Positions 25,434-38,500 of a stretch of DNA of 64,000 nucleotides are shown here, piece by piece. The stretch is from positions 1,240,001 to 1,304,000 of the forward strand of contig NW_027117342.1 of the NCBI RefSeq assembly GCF_038025025.1, read 5' to 3'. Every line of letters starts with the position of its first letter. The stretch's first letter is position 1. A program made the position numbers and the translations under genes. Below the pieces are notes generated by a model. It had not been told where the DNA came from. It made no database searches and saw only the letters and a program-made list of their open reading frames with translations. Origin of the DNA: Phyllosticta citribraziliensis. Its lineage: Eukaryota.

Positions 25434-26995
25434 ATGGGTCAATCCGACGCCGTCCGCGTGGACCAGAGCATCCCGGCTCCGACTCCGACTCCGGAAAAGA
25501 CGACCATAGAACAACCAACACCTCCGTACTCTGCATTTCCACAATCCACTAGACGGCTCATCCTTTTCGCAGTCACCTGTGCAGGTTTCTTTGGACCATT
25601 GGCTGGGGCAGTCTATCTCCCAGCAATCCCTCTCTTTTCAAGCATATTCCACACAGAAGACGATGTCATCAGTGCCACCGTGTCAGTTTACATGGCAATT
25701 TTTGCCGTATCAGTACGTTATTTTCACAAACACCACGGGAAACTTGCTTACACAAATCCTACAGCCTCTCGCATGGGGAGCTTTTGCCGACCACAAAGGT
25801 CGCCGCCCAGTCTACCTCGTCTCTCTCGCCATATTCATCATAGCAAACGTGATTCTCGCCGCCGTTCCAGCCAACATCGGCGCTCTCTTCGTCCTTCGCA
25901 TCTTTCAGGCAATTGGATCGAGTGCGGTTGCATCTGTCGGCGCCGGAACAGTGGCAGACGTTGTCGAGCCCAGCAAACGGGCATCCGCTTTATCCATCTT
26001 CTTCCTCGGTCCGCAACTTGGGCCAGTGCTGGGTCCGCTAATCGGCGGACAGTTTGCCGCGCCGGATCGTTGGCGCTGGTCTTTTGGATTTCTAGCCATT
26101 GGCACATCTGTCGCGTATGCCCTGATCGTTTTTTGTTTGCCAGAGACGCTACGAGCACTGGTGGGCAATGGACAAGGGTCCATCGCCAGTTCTGAAGGCT
26201 GGAAGATTCCTCCATTTATCCAACGACCAACCGTCGATCCCTCAGTCAAGCGGCCGCAGAAACCCAGCCTCAAGCTCTCGTTTACGCTGCTGTGTTACGT
26301 TCCCAACCTCATCATCACATGCAGCGGTGCGATTCAGTTTGCGGCGCTTTACTGCATCCTGGTCAGCTTTACACGCATGTGGAAAACACTGTACGGTTTC
26401 ACAGAGGCTGAAGCGGGCTATGCATATCTTTGCCCAGGCGTTTTGCTCATCGTGGGCTCTCTCAGTAGCGGCAAGGTGTCTGACCGGTGGCGAGCTCGCG
26501 CCATCAAGGCTAGTCCGACGGGAAAAGTGCCCCCTGAGAGCCGCATAATTCTGCAGACGTTTGGCTACGCTCTTGCCGCAGCGGGGCTGTTGATGTTTGG
26601 TTGGTTTTGCGAGCACAAGATCCACCCCGCTGCGGTGATGATTGCTTCTGCCATTGGTAAGTGGTCTAGTATCCCCTGATCTTTGTCCTGAATCTGACAA
26701 CGCGGTAGGTGCATTTGGTATGGGATGGGTGTTTGTCACGACAACTAGTTACCAGACCGAGTGCTACCCCAGCTATGGCGCCAGCCTAGTCGGACTCGGG
26801 CAGATGATGCGAAACATCGGAGGCGCAATTGCGGCAGTAGTGATCCAGCCGTTGATTGAAGCAATGGGTTATGGCTGGTGTTTTACCGGACTATCGATTT
26901 TGACATTCAGCTGTATCTTTGGGGTCATTTATCTCCGGTTCACAGGAGACTCGTGGCGCAAAAAACTGGAAGAGCGAACAAGAGCGACATCTTGA
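25434..26995 (+). CDS. MFS 12-TM DHA1 transporter, Dtr1/Qdr-like (candidate dityrosine/isocyanide exporter); introns about 25714-25764 and 26657-26708
   Basis: PPYSAF, YLPAIP, WGAFADHKGRRPVY, GAGTVADV, GPQLGPVLGPLIGG, WRWSFGF, LPETLR. Confidence 0.88.
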
Positions 26996-27693
26996 AGACA
27001 TTGTTGAGGCGTTGGTGGTAGATTTGAGCGTTTAATCGCATAATGTATTTATCGATGATGGCGTAGATGGTTTGGGATCATGAGACAGTCTGATGCATCA
27101 TCAGGCAAATGTTGTTGAGGACGGGCAAGAATGTTCCAACTTGAAATTGCCGTGGTGCATTTACCTAATCTAGTCGGCACATGCGTTGAGGATGCGTTGA
27201 TGCGGGGTGTGGTGTCCTGTTTTGAGATTCCATTTGCAAATTGGAAAGAAAAGGTAGCGCCTGCCATGGCACCGTCCCGCAACCTCCATGAATCGCACAA
27301 CCATAACCCTACATGTAGTACTGTGCTCAGCATCCATCACGTCTCGATGTGTTTCTCCTCCGCGTCCTCCTCTCAAGTCGAGCCATCGGCGACCAACCGT
27401 GATTCCATTATGCCCACACCATGTCGCCGCCCAGTTCTCACTCTGCGTTTGACCGGTCAGATCATGCAGCATACCTGCTCGCATCTTGTCTCCGACGGCA
27501 GCTTCCTTGGTTCCCAAGCCAAGGGACTATGCTACCACATTCAGTCTACTCTGTCTCAACCATCACCTGCCAAAATTTCTGTGCACCTCATCATTTCTGC
27601 GCCGTGGTTGAGTGCGCAAAGGCACGATCCCACCTGATCAACATTCTGTCTTTCGTCGTTCGGAGCTATTCTCTTATTTCCAGACCGCCGAGG

Positions 27694-29768
27694 ATGACCA
27701 ACGTTTCTTTAAAAGATCTCGATTTGTCGCGCGCAACGATGAATGGAGAAACCTTAAGAGACGAACGATTGCGAAAGGTAAGGAGCTCAAGCAATGCCTT
27801 GCTCCAACTTCGTTGACGACATACTCACTACTACTCCAAAAGCTGGATGATGGAATTGTTGAGGAGATTTCAACGGGCTTTACTGTAACCAAGCTCCTCA
27901 TTTTCACCTTTCTTTCCAATGCCATCGGGCTCCTCCTTTTCGTCCTTCGTTTCGTAAAGAAGACTAGAAGGCCAAAGACCGTGGGGGAGATCCTTCCGGC
28001 GGATTTCAGTGCAACCGCGCTCCCCATTTCCGAGGTTCGTTTCATAGTGGAGACTGGAAGACCAGAGATCACGGATGCCACCGACATCTACAAGAACCTC
28101 CCGATCGAGCTAAAACTCCGTGTCTACAACCTGACTGCTCCGTTGGACTCGAAAACCATACCGCCTGATCTCGGCGACTATCAGCATCCTTACGTTCTGC
28201 TCAGCAAGACGCATTACCCACGCTCCAGCATCATATTTCCGTTCAAGCCGATTCCACAAGGAACGAATTCCGAGTCGGGCAAGCTCTTTCCTCGCCGGAG
28301 CCCAAAAACTCATCTGCAATGGATCAAGGTTCTGAGAGCTGATGTTTCTGTAGCGGCTAGGCATTGCAAAAGAAACCTCCGGCTATACGTCCGCGGCAGG
28401 GACCAAAACGGTAACTCAACGTTGATGAAGACAACCATGTCTCATTCCAATCTCAGCAACATACTTCTCGTCCTCTGGCGCGTGCATGGTTTCCCCAAAC
28501 CTCTTATGGATGAGCAAAATGAGGTCTGGACATACCTCAACCACGTCCGTCTTCGATACTTGGAAGAGGTTGATCAGTTCCTCCTGGAGTCTGCCAGCAA
28601 AATGGGACTTTCTCCGCAGGCTCATAGAAGCCCCAAATACGCATGGCGATCTCTGGAAGAGCTCAAGGGGATAGGGATGGAGATGACGTTCCTCAGGATG
28701 GCTGTTTGGAATCTCCTACTCAATGGTATCCATGTGACGGCGTCTGGACGCACTGCGAAGCTCCGTGAGGCCGTGATGGCCAAGGAAATCCTAAAGTCAC
28801 AAAAGCATGACAAGAAAGAAAGAAAGATGATGAGGGATATGATCCGCATGCTTTGTGCAAAGTCGCACACCACCACATCCTCCGTTCCATCTTGCTTCGG
28901 CGAGAATGGAGGCTTCCCACGCTGGCATTTTACGGGTGCTGGTCACACCTTTAACCAAAAAAGTCCAAGTCAACTGGCTCGTGCAGGATATCATGCCCAT
29001 TTTCGTGGCATTCGTGGAAACGGCCTCTGTTCTTTGAAGCTTCCATCGATACAGACTCAAAGGGCCTCGCAGTGGCTCGGCGGTCTTCCACCAAGCCGTG
29101 ACCGCTTCAAAATGTTTCACGACGTTTTGCCGCTGCGCCGTCGAGGAATCAGCAAGACCTTTCAACAATGGAGTCTCGAAAATTCGGGTGACGCAAGTTA
29201 TACATTTATGCGTTTTGCGTTCTGGCACTGGGCGCACTGGAAAATCCCAGCAGACGAGACGCTCGGAATCCTGGGCATGGAGACAAAGGTTGTGAAGGCT
29301 GGATACAAGCCCGAATCAGGATACAAGAGCATCAGATTCCCCGTGCAAACCATTCGGTGTTCGATTGTATACTCCTACGTTGCGGTGTTCGAGGTAGCCG
29401 GCGTGGAGTGGGTGCAAGATGCTTGGAATTCTCTGGTGTCCATAGATAAAAGTATCAAACCCGTGACTCTTCGTAAAGGTTTACTTGACGCAATTTTGCC
29501 GGGACTTCCTTCCCGTATCGGAAAGCGGATACGTGACGGACTTTATCGTTTTGGCCGCAACATTTCTTTGGTATGGCGTTACAGACCAGCCCCATGGAGA
29601 TTTCAGGACTTGTGGTTGAGGAGACAGGCTAGAAAATGGATCGAAAGACAGAACTCACTTTTGTTTGGGCTATTGGTGGGGTTCCTGAAGACGTTTTTCT
29701 TTGCTCTTGGTGGAGCACGGTATCTAGAAGAACTGGACAGACAGAGACAGGTCCACGGTCCAATATAG
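27694..29768 (+). CDS. Hypothetical protein (about 670 aa) with N- and C-terminal hydrophobic segments; intron 27778-27842
   Basis: 718-codon open frame; upstream exon MTNVSLKDL..LRK|GTAAGG splices in phase to LDDGIVEE; no recognised domain. Confidence 0.6.
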
Positions 29769-29817
29769 AAAAAGTCGCGAGGTTTGAAATGGGTTCCAAG
29801 ATAGAGTGGTTTGCGCA

Positions 29818-29870
29818 AAGATAGACAGACATAGACAGAGGTAGACAGAGACAGATAGAGATAGACAGAA
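29818..29870 (+). repeat. Imperfect (AGAY/AGAC)n purine-rich microsatellite
   Basis: agatagacagacatagacagaggtagacagagacagatagagatagacaga. Confidence 0.7.
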
Positions 29871-31181
29871 ATATAATGGTTTTCTGATTCAAGTTTGGCC
29901 TGGTTCCTGTTGGGGTGTTTGCTACGTTGTAAGAAGATAACGTCAGCAGCTGCACATAGAAAATCCATTTTATCACTACCACGGGGTTTCGGCGAAACCG
30001 TTTTGCGGAGGGCAGGTGGATTCGTAGTTTCAACAATACAACGAAGTGTGCCTGTAAAACTGTGGGCAATGTTGCACGTACGTTTTTTGTTTGGCCAATC
30101 CAGATGTCCGTGACGGCAATGCTCGTAGGGAAGGACCAACATGTTTGTGACCAGCGCTCGTGAGCAAGGCTTGGTAGGCAAAGTCGTGGCACACATAACC
30201 CTGGCTCCTGCTCTCGTCGACTCTTGAATCTCTTGAATATGTGCTCTGGTCCAGGTTGGCTTGCTTGCTCCACACGTTTCGGTTGTTTAATGAAGCGTAT
30301 GAATAACCCTGGTTGGTGAGACGGGTCTCCTACTACGTATTGTTGTACGGGCACCGACTTTTCGACAAAGCCTCCTTGGACGGACCTCGAGGTTTTCTGG
30401 GGTTCCTGTGGTGGCAAGCTCGTGGAAGGTGCTCATTCGAGTTCTCGTCAGGTTGGGTGCTCTGAGGCAGTCCCGTCGTCCGCACACACTCCACGCGAGG
30501 GCCGCACAAAAACCTCTTTGCTCCATCTTCGAGCTCTTCTCTTCCACCCTCCGCACCTACACCACACTGCACCTCAGCTTGAGGTGCTTCTATCTTCTCT
30601 TCTTGATCGCACCTCCGCCAGGGTGCCGCTTTCCCCTCTACCAGTCCTCATCGCGCACTCGCTCGTGCACCACGCGCTACTACAACCTGGGCGCGGTCGT
30701 GCTTCAGGTCTTCCTGCTTCCCGACGCTGAGAGGGGCGTCTGGATCGTTGCTCCGGGGGGCGGCTAGCTCATCAGAGGCTAATCGTCACTTTGCTTTCGA
30801 GACTGGGTTTTACTCGGGCATTGCTGCTTGGGGGGGCTTCTCTGTGGGACGCGTCGGCTCTAGAAGCGTATCTCACTTCAGACCTCTCTTGCAGTCGGAA
30901 GGGTCTTTGAGCTGTCAGGTGACTCTCCTTCATCCAAATGTCAGATGTCAAATCACTGACTGATGCCCGCATTCAGGTCGCCACGCTGCAAACTCCGCCT
31001 TGGCCTCACCTCCAGACCGGCTGCCGGGGTTTCGACTGCGATATTTGCTTGCTTGAATCGAGTTCCAGTCAGCAACCATTACGGATTTGAACACCCACTC
31101 CTCAAGTGAGGCTTTCAACATTACCACCACATCGATTTCTGTACATGACGTGCTTCGGAATCGACAATTCGACAACCCACT

Positions 31182-32396
31182 ATGTCGGATCCAACTATCG
31201 ATCTTGACGGAGTCGAAGTTTCCCACAAGGACATCGAAATCGCTAGAGATGGTGACCTCACAGTGAGGGTTATCGAATACGAGGAGATTGACAGCGACGG
31301 CAACATGGAACCAGCGTTTGCCACAGACTTCTGCGTCCAAAAAGAGATATTGAAGAAGCGTTCGCCTGTTTTCGCGTCTATGCTGGGACCCCATTGGCGT
31401 GAAGGCAAGCAAAAGCTCATCGAGCTACACGAGGACACAGGTATCAGCACGACAGCCATCCATGTGTGGTTGCGAATTTTCCATGGCGATGGAGATTCGA
31501 AGGAAACCTGTGGAAAGGTCAACCACGAACACCTTTGGCACGTATACGAAGCGGCCCAAAAGTATCGACTTGAAATCGACGACGCCAAAGCATGGTTCGA
31601 TTTATGGTGGAACGCCCATGAGCTGGAAGTCGACTGTCGGATAGCAAACCAGCTTCTCTTTCCTTGCTGGGCCTTTCGTCACCTTCGCGCATTTGGATAC
31701 GTAACGAAGATAGTCGTCTACAACGAGGCCGGCTACATTTCTCCGGTCAATCCGACCCCTCACAAGGACCTTCAGCTGCCCGACAAAATCCCTCGTAAGT
31801 CTGCTGTTGAGTGCGATTATGAATCCTCTGAGTTCAGCTGACAAAGCACAGAACAACTTAACAAAGCCAAGCTCAAATTGAAGGATACGGTCCAAAAGAT
31901 GCTTTGGGAGCCCATGGCAGAATTCTTGCAGAAAGAAAGGAGCGGCTCTGAGGACAAGAGATTCGTCCAGCATCAACGGCGCCTGGTTCGGAAAAATATT
32001 TGGCCATCCGAGAAAGCTCGCGTCGACAATGGCATTGAGCACCTGCTCGAGCGCATTGAGTCCCTGAAAGTCGATCGGGCTGAGGAAAACTCCGACCTGC
32101 ACGAATACACGCAGGGTGATCACCTTGACGCGAGTCTGGGACTGGCCGTTGAGAAGACAAGGACACAATTTGATGGGCTGTGCCTGAAGTGCATGGCCAT
32201 GAGCGAGTCTGGTAGGGGAAAGTCAGATGAAGCCTATTTTGCGAAGAACCGTAGAAAGGACTGGGATGACGAGTGCCGCGACGAAGGAATGGACCACGGC
32301 GACGATTCGTGGTTCTTTTCTTATTTGGGCCGTCGTCCATTCACAGAGAGGCGCGAGTATTGGTGGGATTCCTGGAATGACGACCGATGGTGGTGA
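31182..32396 (+). CDS. Fungal BTB/POZ-domain protein; intron 31795-31851
   Basis: IARDGDLTVRVIEY..FCVQKEILKKRSPVFASML..WRE, LWHVYEAAQKY, LLFPCWAF, |QQLNKAK, FDGLCLKCM. Confidence 0.85.
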
Positions 32397-33196
32397 TGCT
32401 CAGCCTCAAGCCATTGCTATGCCAAGGATCGACAGTGTGCGATTCAGCTTTGGGGTTGCCTTTGACGGCTCTGGACTATGAACATTGGAGGAGAAAGTTG
32501 CGAGTTGGACAATGGACGGAACAATGATTGTTGCCGAGGATAACGCTGGATGGCGAATAGCAAAGGGCTTTGGGAACCATGGGGAGAGTCAGTCCCGTAG
32601 GTAGCATATGCGTCGGGACAGCAGATAGAATGAAACAATGCCGACGTGGCGTTTGCACGCAATACAGGAAAGTCAGTGAAACGAATGGCAAGTTCCAAAA
32701 TAAGGCCAAGCATCCCCAGGAGGTGTATTGGACGTCCAAGGTGTTTTGAAGTGAGCGGTGAGGTCAGGGCTCGGTAAGTGGTTCGGAAGCGTCGGCCCGC
32801 TGATAAGGTGAGATAGGTAGCCCACCCGGACCGCAGGGCCTGAGAGGTCAAAGCTCGGGGCGTTTGCGTCAGTCCGAGTCCGTGTCCTCGACCGGACTCG
32901 ACACTCTCCCACCACCACACTCTCCTCCATCCACCGCTCTACCCTTTTCCACCTCTTTCTCGCCTACGGAGTCTACATGATCCCCCCGCCCAGCTCGCAA
33001 TGCAACTTTGCTTCTTTGGGCCCTCGGATATTGCCAGTTCTTTTGCTCCGACTTGACATGCAGCTGGGCCTCTGCTGAGTACCTCTCTCAAGCTTTCGAT
33101 TGGAAGCACGTCCACTCCGGCTCGCCAACCAGGTCGCCACTCGCTCGCTCACTTTCGACGCCTTCCATTCCGTGATCTGTCTTCTTGGCCGGCACC

Positions 33197-36100
33197 ATGA
33201 AGCATCTCTACACCAACTTGCTCGATCGCGAGATCGGCCTGCGCAACAACAAGTACCGCCGAGTTCATGATCTCTACAGCGACAAGCAGTTCATACGTGA
33301 CTTGGACATTGTCAACGAACTGAGTGGTCACACTGGATGTGTGAATGCTCTAAGGTGCGTGAAACCACCTCTTCATACATTCAATACTGACACGAATCGC
33401 TACGCAGTTGGTCCAAGTCTGGAGAACTCCTTGCCTCGGGCTCAGACGACCAAATGGTCAACATCCACAAGTACCTTCCTGAATCCTCTTCAAACCAATT
33501 CGACTTTAGTACCACCATTAGCACTGGCCACCGTGCCAACATATTCTCAGTGAAATTCATGCCCTACACCAACGACCGCACCATTGTTACCGCCGCCGGA
33601 GATTCCGAGGTCAGGATATTCGACATTGAATACTCTGGGGGCACACATGTTCCGGCTGGAAACGGCGGAAGATATGATGGAGTTCGCCTTCTCAGCGAGC
33701 GAGACGCCAATTGCAGGGTATTCAGATCTCACAGCGACCGAGTCAAGAGAATCGTAACGGAGCAGTCTCCGTGGCTGTTCTTGACATGTTCAGAAGACGG
33801 GGAAGTTCGGCAATGGGACCTCCGTCAGCCAGAGTCACACTATCCGGCTCCAGGCTCGTCTTCCCTTCGAAGCCACGACGACGAAGACAGGGTCCCTCCT
33901 CCCCTGATTTCTTACAAACGCTACAACCTCGATCTCAACACCATTTCGTGTTCTCCAAGCCAGCCGCACTACATTGCCCTTGGCGGCGCGCATCTACACT
34001 GCTTCTTGCACGATCGCAGAATGACTGGGCGTGATCGACTGCAAGAGAGGGGTGCTCCGCTGTCTTCGCCAGACAAGCTTTCCGACCACGATAGGGACTT
34101 GATGAGACAGGCCACGCAGTGCGTCCGCAAATTTGCCCCCAATGGACAGAAGCGGATGAAGCGAACGGACAATGGTCACATCACCGCTTGCAAGATCAGT
34201 GACCACAACCCAAATGAGATGATCGTGAGCTGGTCGGGCGAATGGATATACAGCTTCGACCTTGTCCGCAGCCCAGATGCAGACGAAAACCAGGATGCTG
34301 AAGAACACAAAAAGGCAAGAATGACGAAAGAATCCGTGATCCGCAAGCGCAAGCGGGCGAGGACAGGCTTGTCTCAGGCCAGCACAGAGCCGACCAGCTC
34401 GCGCCCCCGCACAGGTTCTGTGGAAGGGGATGAGGAAATGTCGCTGATGGTCCACTATGAAAATGGCCAGAGCGAGGAGATCCCAATCGAGGCGCCTCGT
34501 CCTCGTAGTCCTATTTCTGAAGCGCGCGAAGCAGTATTGCCCGAGTCACAGAGACAGAGCTTCCGTGTTGCGAAGAAGACAGTTAGCCTTCGTAAAAATC
34601 TTTTTACCCTGGGGACTCGCAAAGAACCATCAGACTCTGACCCAACTGGTTATGCCGTGCCCTTCACGTCCGTTCTGGGACTTGCTTCCTCCGTCCTGCC
34701 CGAGATGGACGAGATCTCCCGTAACTGGCACTATCCTGTCAACCCTTTGGATGTCGATGTGGCTTTCCAAAACAATCTAAGGGAAAAGCGCGGATCTGCT
34801 CGTCGCTTTGTGCAAGCGGCTGGCACCCTCGCTCGTGTCCTCGGAGGAAGACTACGAGCCGCTGGCGGTGATTCAAGCGCGATACTCGCAGACTTTGAGA
34901 AGATTGTTCCGGCTCCGAGGGAGCCAGCCGAGATACCTCGCCACGAACAGTTTGGGTATGACTTTTTGAAAGCCATTCTACTGTGGCTAGATAGTGGTGT
35001 GGGAACGCTCTTGGAAGGCTTTACCAGACCAAGAAACGTCTCAGCAGACTCCCGCCGCTTCCCCGTCCCCGAAGACGCGAGCATCGACGCCATAGACGAG
35101 CATCTGATTCCATATCTTCTCCAGCTTGCCGGCGAGGACCCCATCATAAATATTGATACTTCGCCATTTGAGGTTAACGAGAACCGCGTCGTGTTTCCGA
35201 CTGAGAAGGCTGCTGTTATTGCCTTTGCCCAGGCTCTCAAAATTCCTTTTGCAGACTTGTCGAGCGCTGTTGTCCATTCTGCTTCTGGCGAGGGCAGCTC
35301 TGCACCAGAGGCACTCGGTGCTCAAGATCGAAAGGCCGCATTGAGATTCTGGGGCTTCAAGGTGGGCAGAGGAGTCTTGATGAATGCTGGCCAGCGCGTT
35401 GATTTTGCCTTTGTCGACAACGCTTTTGGCGGGCTGGGCCGCGGTGACGAAAGCGTCAGACAGGATGAGGAGACCATCAATAGGGCGCTGAGCACCGTCG
35501 ACGCTGATTCTGATGACGACGATGTTGTCGAGAGCGCCAGACTTGTACGCCGTTCCAGGCCTGTGGTAGAGGGCACAGGATCCGAGTCGGCTTCACGAAA
35601 TGAAGATACGGACATGGGAGACGACGAAGATGTCATTGCCATGGAAGACTTGCGCGACATCATGGGCGATAACGAGGACGAGGAGGAGGAGGATGAATAC
35701 GATGATGACGACGACGAGCCTGGCGACTCTGATGAGGAGAGCGAGATGGAAGATGATGATGACGACGACGAGGATCTACCTTCGCGACAACTTCTGTTCC
35801 GGTCGGCATTCGAGCGTACAAGGCTCAAGGAGAAGGTCGAAATCGACAAGCCCTGCACACCGCACACACGTTTGTACCGTGGCCACTGCAATTGCAAGAC
35901 GGTCAAGGATGTCAACTTTTTTGGTATGCAGGACGAGTACATCGTCAGTGGTAGCGATTCTGGCCATGTCTTCATCTGGGATAAGAAGACCAGTCGAGTT
36001 GTCAACATCCTCGAGGGAGATGGCGAGGTCGTCAACGTCGTGCAAGGCATGTTCAGCGGTATCTTTCGAAGGCGGCAAATACTAACTTTGAGCAGGCCAT

Positions 36101-36738
36101 CCTTACGAACCCATGCTTGCAGTGTCTGGCATCGACCACAGCATCAAAATCTTCAGTCCAGACGCCCGCGCTCGCCGCAATGCCCGCCTTGGTGTTGGTG
36201 TTTCTCCTGCCGACTCCTCTACTTTTTCCTCAATATCCTTTGGCCGCATGCGTCGGCGCCATACTAGACAGTCAACATCCGCCCAAGAGAACGAGATTGA
36301 CTCCTCATACGTACCTGAAGGTGACGAAGAAGAACCAGAGAGCGCTGCTCCGAACGGCCTTGCCAGTCGCCGCCGCATGCATGATGAGTACCGCATCACG
36401 TCCGAGAATGACGTCAACCGCGCTGGAGGAAGTAGAGAAAATTTCATAACGGTAAGTGCCCGGCACAAAACTTTCCGTCCCCTGTCTCGTGGAGGCGCTG
36501 AACGCTGCAGCAACTCTTTCGACTTATCCACGTCGACGAGGTTCTGCAGATGATGCAGAGCTGACATGTTCATCCAAGTTTTGAGTGGGTTGCTGATTAT
36601 TTTTTGTTTTTGCAGCGGACGATGCTCGAAGAGTTGGCGCAACGATTTTACCTGGGCGCTGACGGCGATACCGATGCCGAGGACTTTGGAGGCCCACCAC
36701 TGGTTGTCAGCGCAGAGCAAAACTGCGTTGTCATGTAA
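33197..36738 (+). CDS. WD40 repeat protein, DCAF8/Iqw1-like CUL4-DDB1 substrate receptor; C-terminal CaaX (CVVM)
   Basis: LSGHTGCVNAL|SWS..LASGSDD, TGHRANIFSVKFMP, HSDRVKRI, YRGHCNCKTVKDVNF, SGSDSGHVFIW, VSGIDHSIKIFSP; last exon 36616-36738 ends NCVVM*. Confidence 0.9.
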
Positions 36739-37679
36739 CATACGTCCCTCCACCACGTGGGAGATAGCGGTAGGACTCTTTTCGACCTCTTCCTCTCACC
36801 TGCTTCAACTTTTCAATTCTCAGGGTGTGTTCTCAAATTCCTTCTTCCTCACCCCTTATTCTAAAGTTGGCACAATTCAAACTTCTTTTTACGTTTGCTT
36901 GACTTCCTGCAGTACATATGGAATCGCTTGTCTTGTAGGTGGTTGTCTGGACACTTGTGTTGATTCTGCCAGTGCGACTTGTACTCTCCATGTTGTTTCT
37001 GAGATCTGTTTTGCTGTGCATTTTCATCGTGGCGAGGAAAAGTTGCTGCTGTTGCGAAAGACTCGTCCGCTGGTTGCGTAGGGTTGATTTGAAGACTTGG
37101 TCACGTATCATGCGAAAAGGAAAGCACACAAAGGAGTGGATACAAAGGCATAGGTTTGAAAATGTGCTGTTGCTCCCACGCGGGAGGTCATGCTGAAGGT
37201 TATTAAAGAGTTTCACGGACAGGAGGATGCGGAGCTGCATGACCTGCGGGATATACTTGTTTACCTTGACTTCAATTTGGAACATGTGCGGTGGCACTAA
37301 CGAACGGCTCATTGAACGGGAAATTTGCTGTAGGTACTCACACGAAGTCTGGAAGCCTTCATGACCCACTCTCTTTCATAAACTCACCGAATCCCTGGCA
37401 CCGTGCACGCATCAAGGGTCAGGATCATTGTGTCCGCGACTCTTTGACAAGCACAACGAAGGCTCCTGATGACACCGTGACCCGAACAGCATTGAATCCA
37501 ACTTCGAAGCGCCCAGTTTGCAACGATATATATTCCACCACCCTCCACTCTGTGCCTGGATATCTTGTCCTTCAATTCGAGGCTCCATTAACTAAATAAT
37601 CGAGAAGATCAATCTGACTGACTTATTGTACTCAACACTCGTCAGAAAACCGAAGGATTCTTTTTCTGGCAGACGCGCA

Positions 37680-38306
37680 ATGTGCGCAATGTGCAAATGC
37701 CAAATCGCCGTCTACCACTGCGGCCACGAAGTCACTTTCCTACGCCACATATGCCCCTTTTCCCACATCGACGCCGGCGCGGACACCGCTAGTATCAGCA
37801 CCAGCAATGGCAGCATCGCCAGCAACACCCCATCACCATCACAAACCACAAGCACGCCATTATCCTCGCAATCCACGCCCCTTACTGTACCCCCGTCCCC
37901 GCCACTAACAAAACACTACACGCACCTCCCCACACGCTGCAGCCCCAGCTGCCCCTACATCCGCCCTCCATCAGCATACCTTGCGATGCGCGTGGGCCGC
38001 GACAGCGACGGCGCGTGGCTGCGTGACGAGGCGACTGGACGCGTCCTGGGGCCCGCGGCGAGGATCGATCCGGCGGTCAGCACGGCGCCGCATCGTTGTG
38101 CGTTGAAGATGGGCGAGGGCGGAGTTGGTGGGAGAGAGGGTGATGTCGTGTTTGTGTACGGTGTTTGCAGGGTCTGCGATTTGGGGTATGAGGGGAGGGT
38201 TGAGAAGGCGTGGGATGGTGAGAAGGGGGGAGCGAGGGGGAACGGAGAAGGGGGACTGGCGAGGGTGGAGATGGAGGCGTTTCGGAGGGGGCGCGTGGAT
38301 TGGTAG
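37680..38306 (+). CDS. Small Cys-rich fungal hypothetical protein (MC..Y.CGH start, CxxC near the end; possible Zn binding)
   Basis: MCAMCKCQIAVYHCGH..CSPSCP..HRC..VCRVC; 208 codons. Confidence 0.6.
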   Translation: MCAMCKCQIAVYHCGHEVTFLRHICPFSHIDAGADTASISTSNGSIASNTPSPSQTTSTPLSSQSTPLTVPPSPPLTKHYTHLPTRCSPSCPYIRPPSAYLAMRVGRDSDGAWLRDEATGRVLGPAARIDPAVSTAPHRCALKMGEGGVGGREGDVVFVYGVCRVCDLGYEGRVEKAWDGEKGGARGNGEGGLARVEMEAFRRGRVDW

Positions 38307-38500
38307 TTGAGCGAGAGAGTGGTTGAAGGCGAAGACGGTGGATGATTCCTTTTACATTGGCATGAATCTACGTCTACCTTTTCAGCTGCATCTGAGCAAA
38401 ACCATTTTGATTGCTTTTATGTGTCCTCTCACTTAGCCAAAACTCCCATTTCTCATGCAAGAGATGTACCTGAAACCTCTGTAGATAACATCCCAGCTTA

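Noticed and set aside
29900..31000. Short overlapping ORFs upstream of the BTB gene
   Set aside because: No convincing coding signal or family motif.
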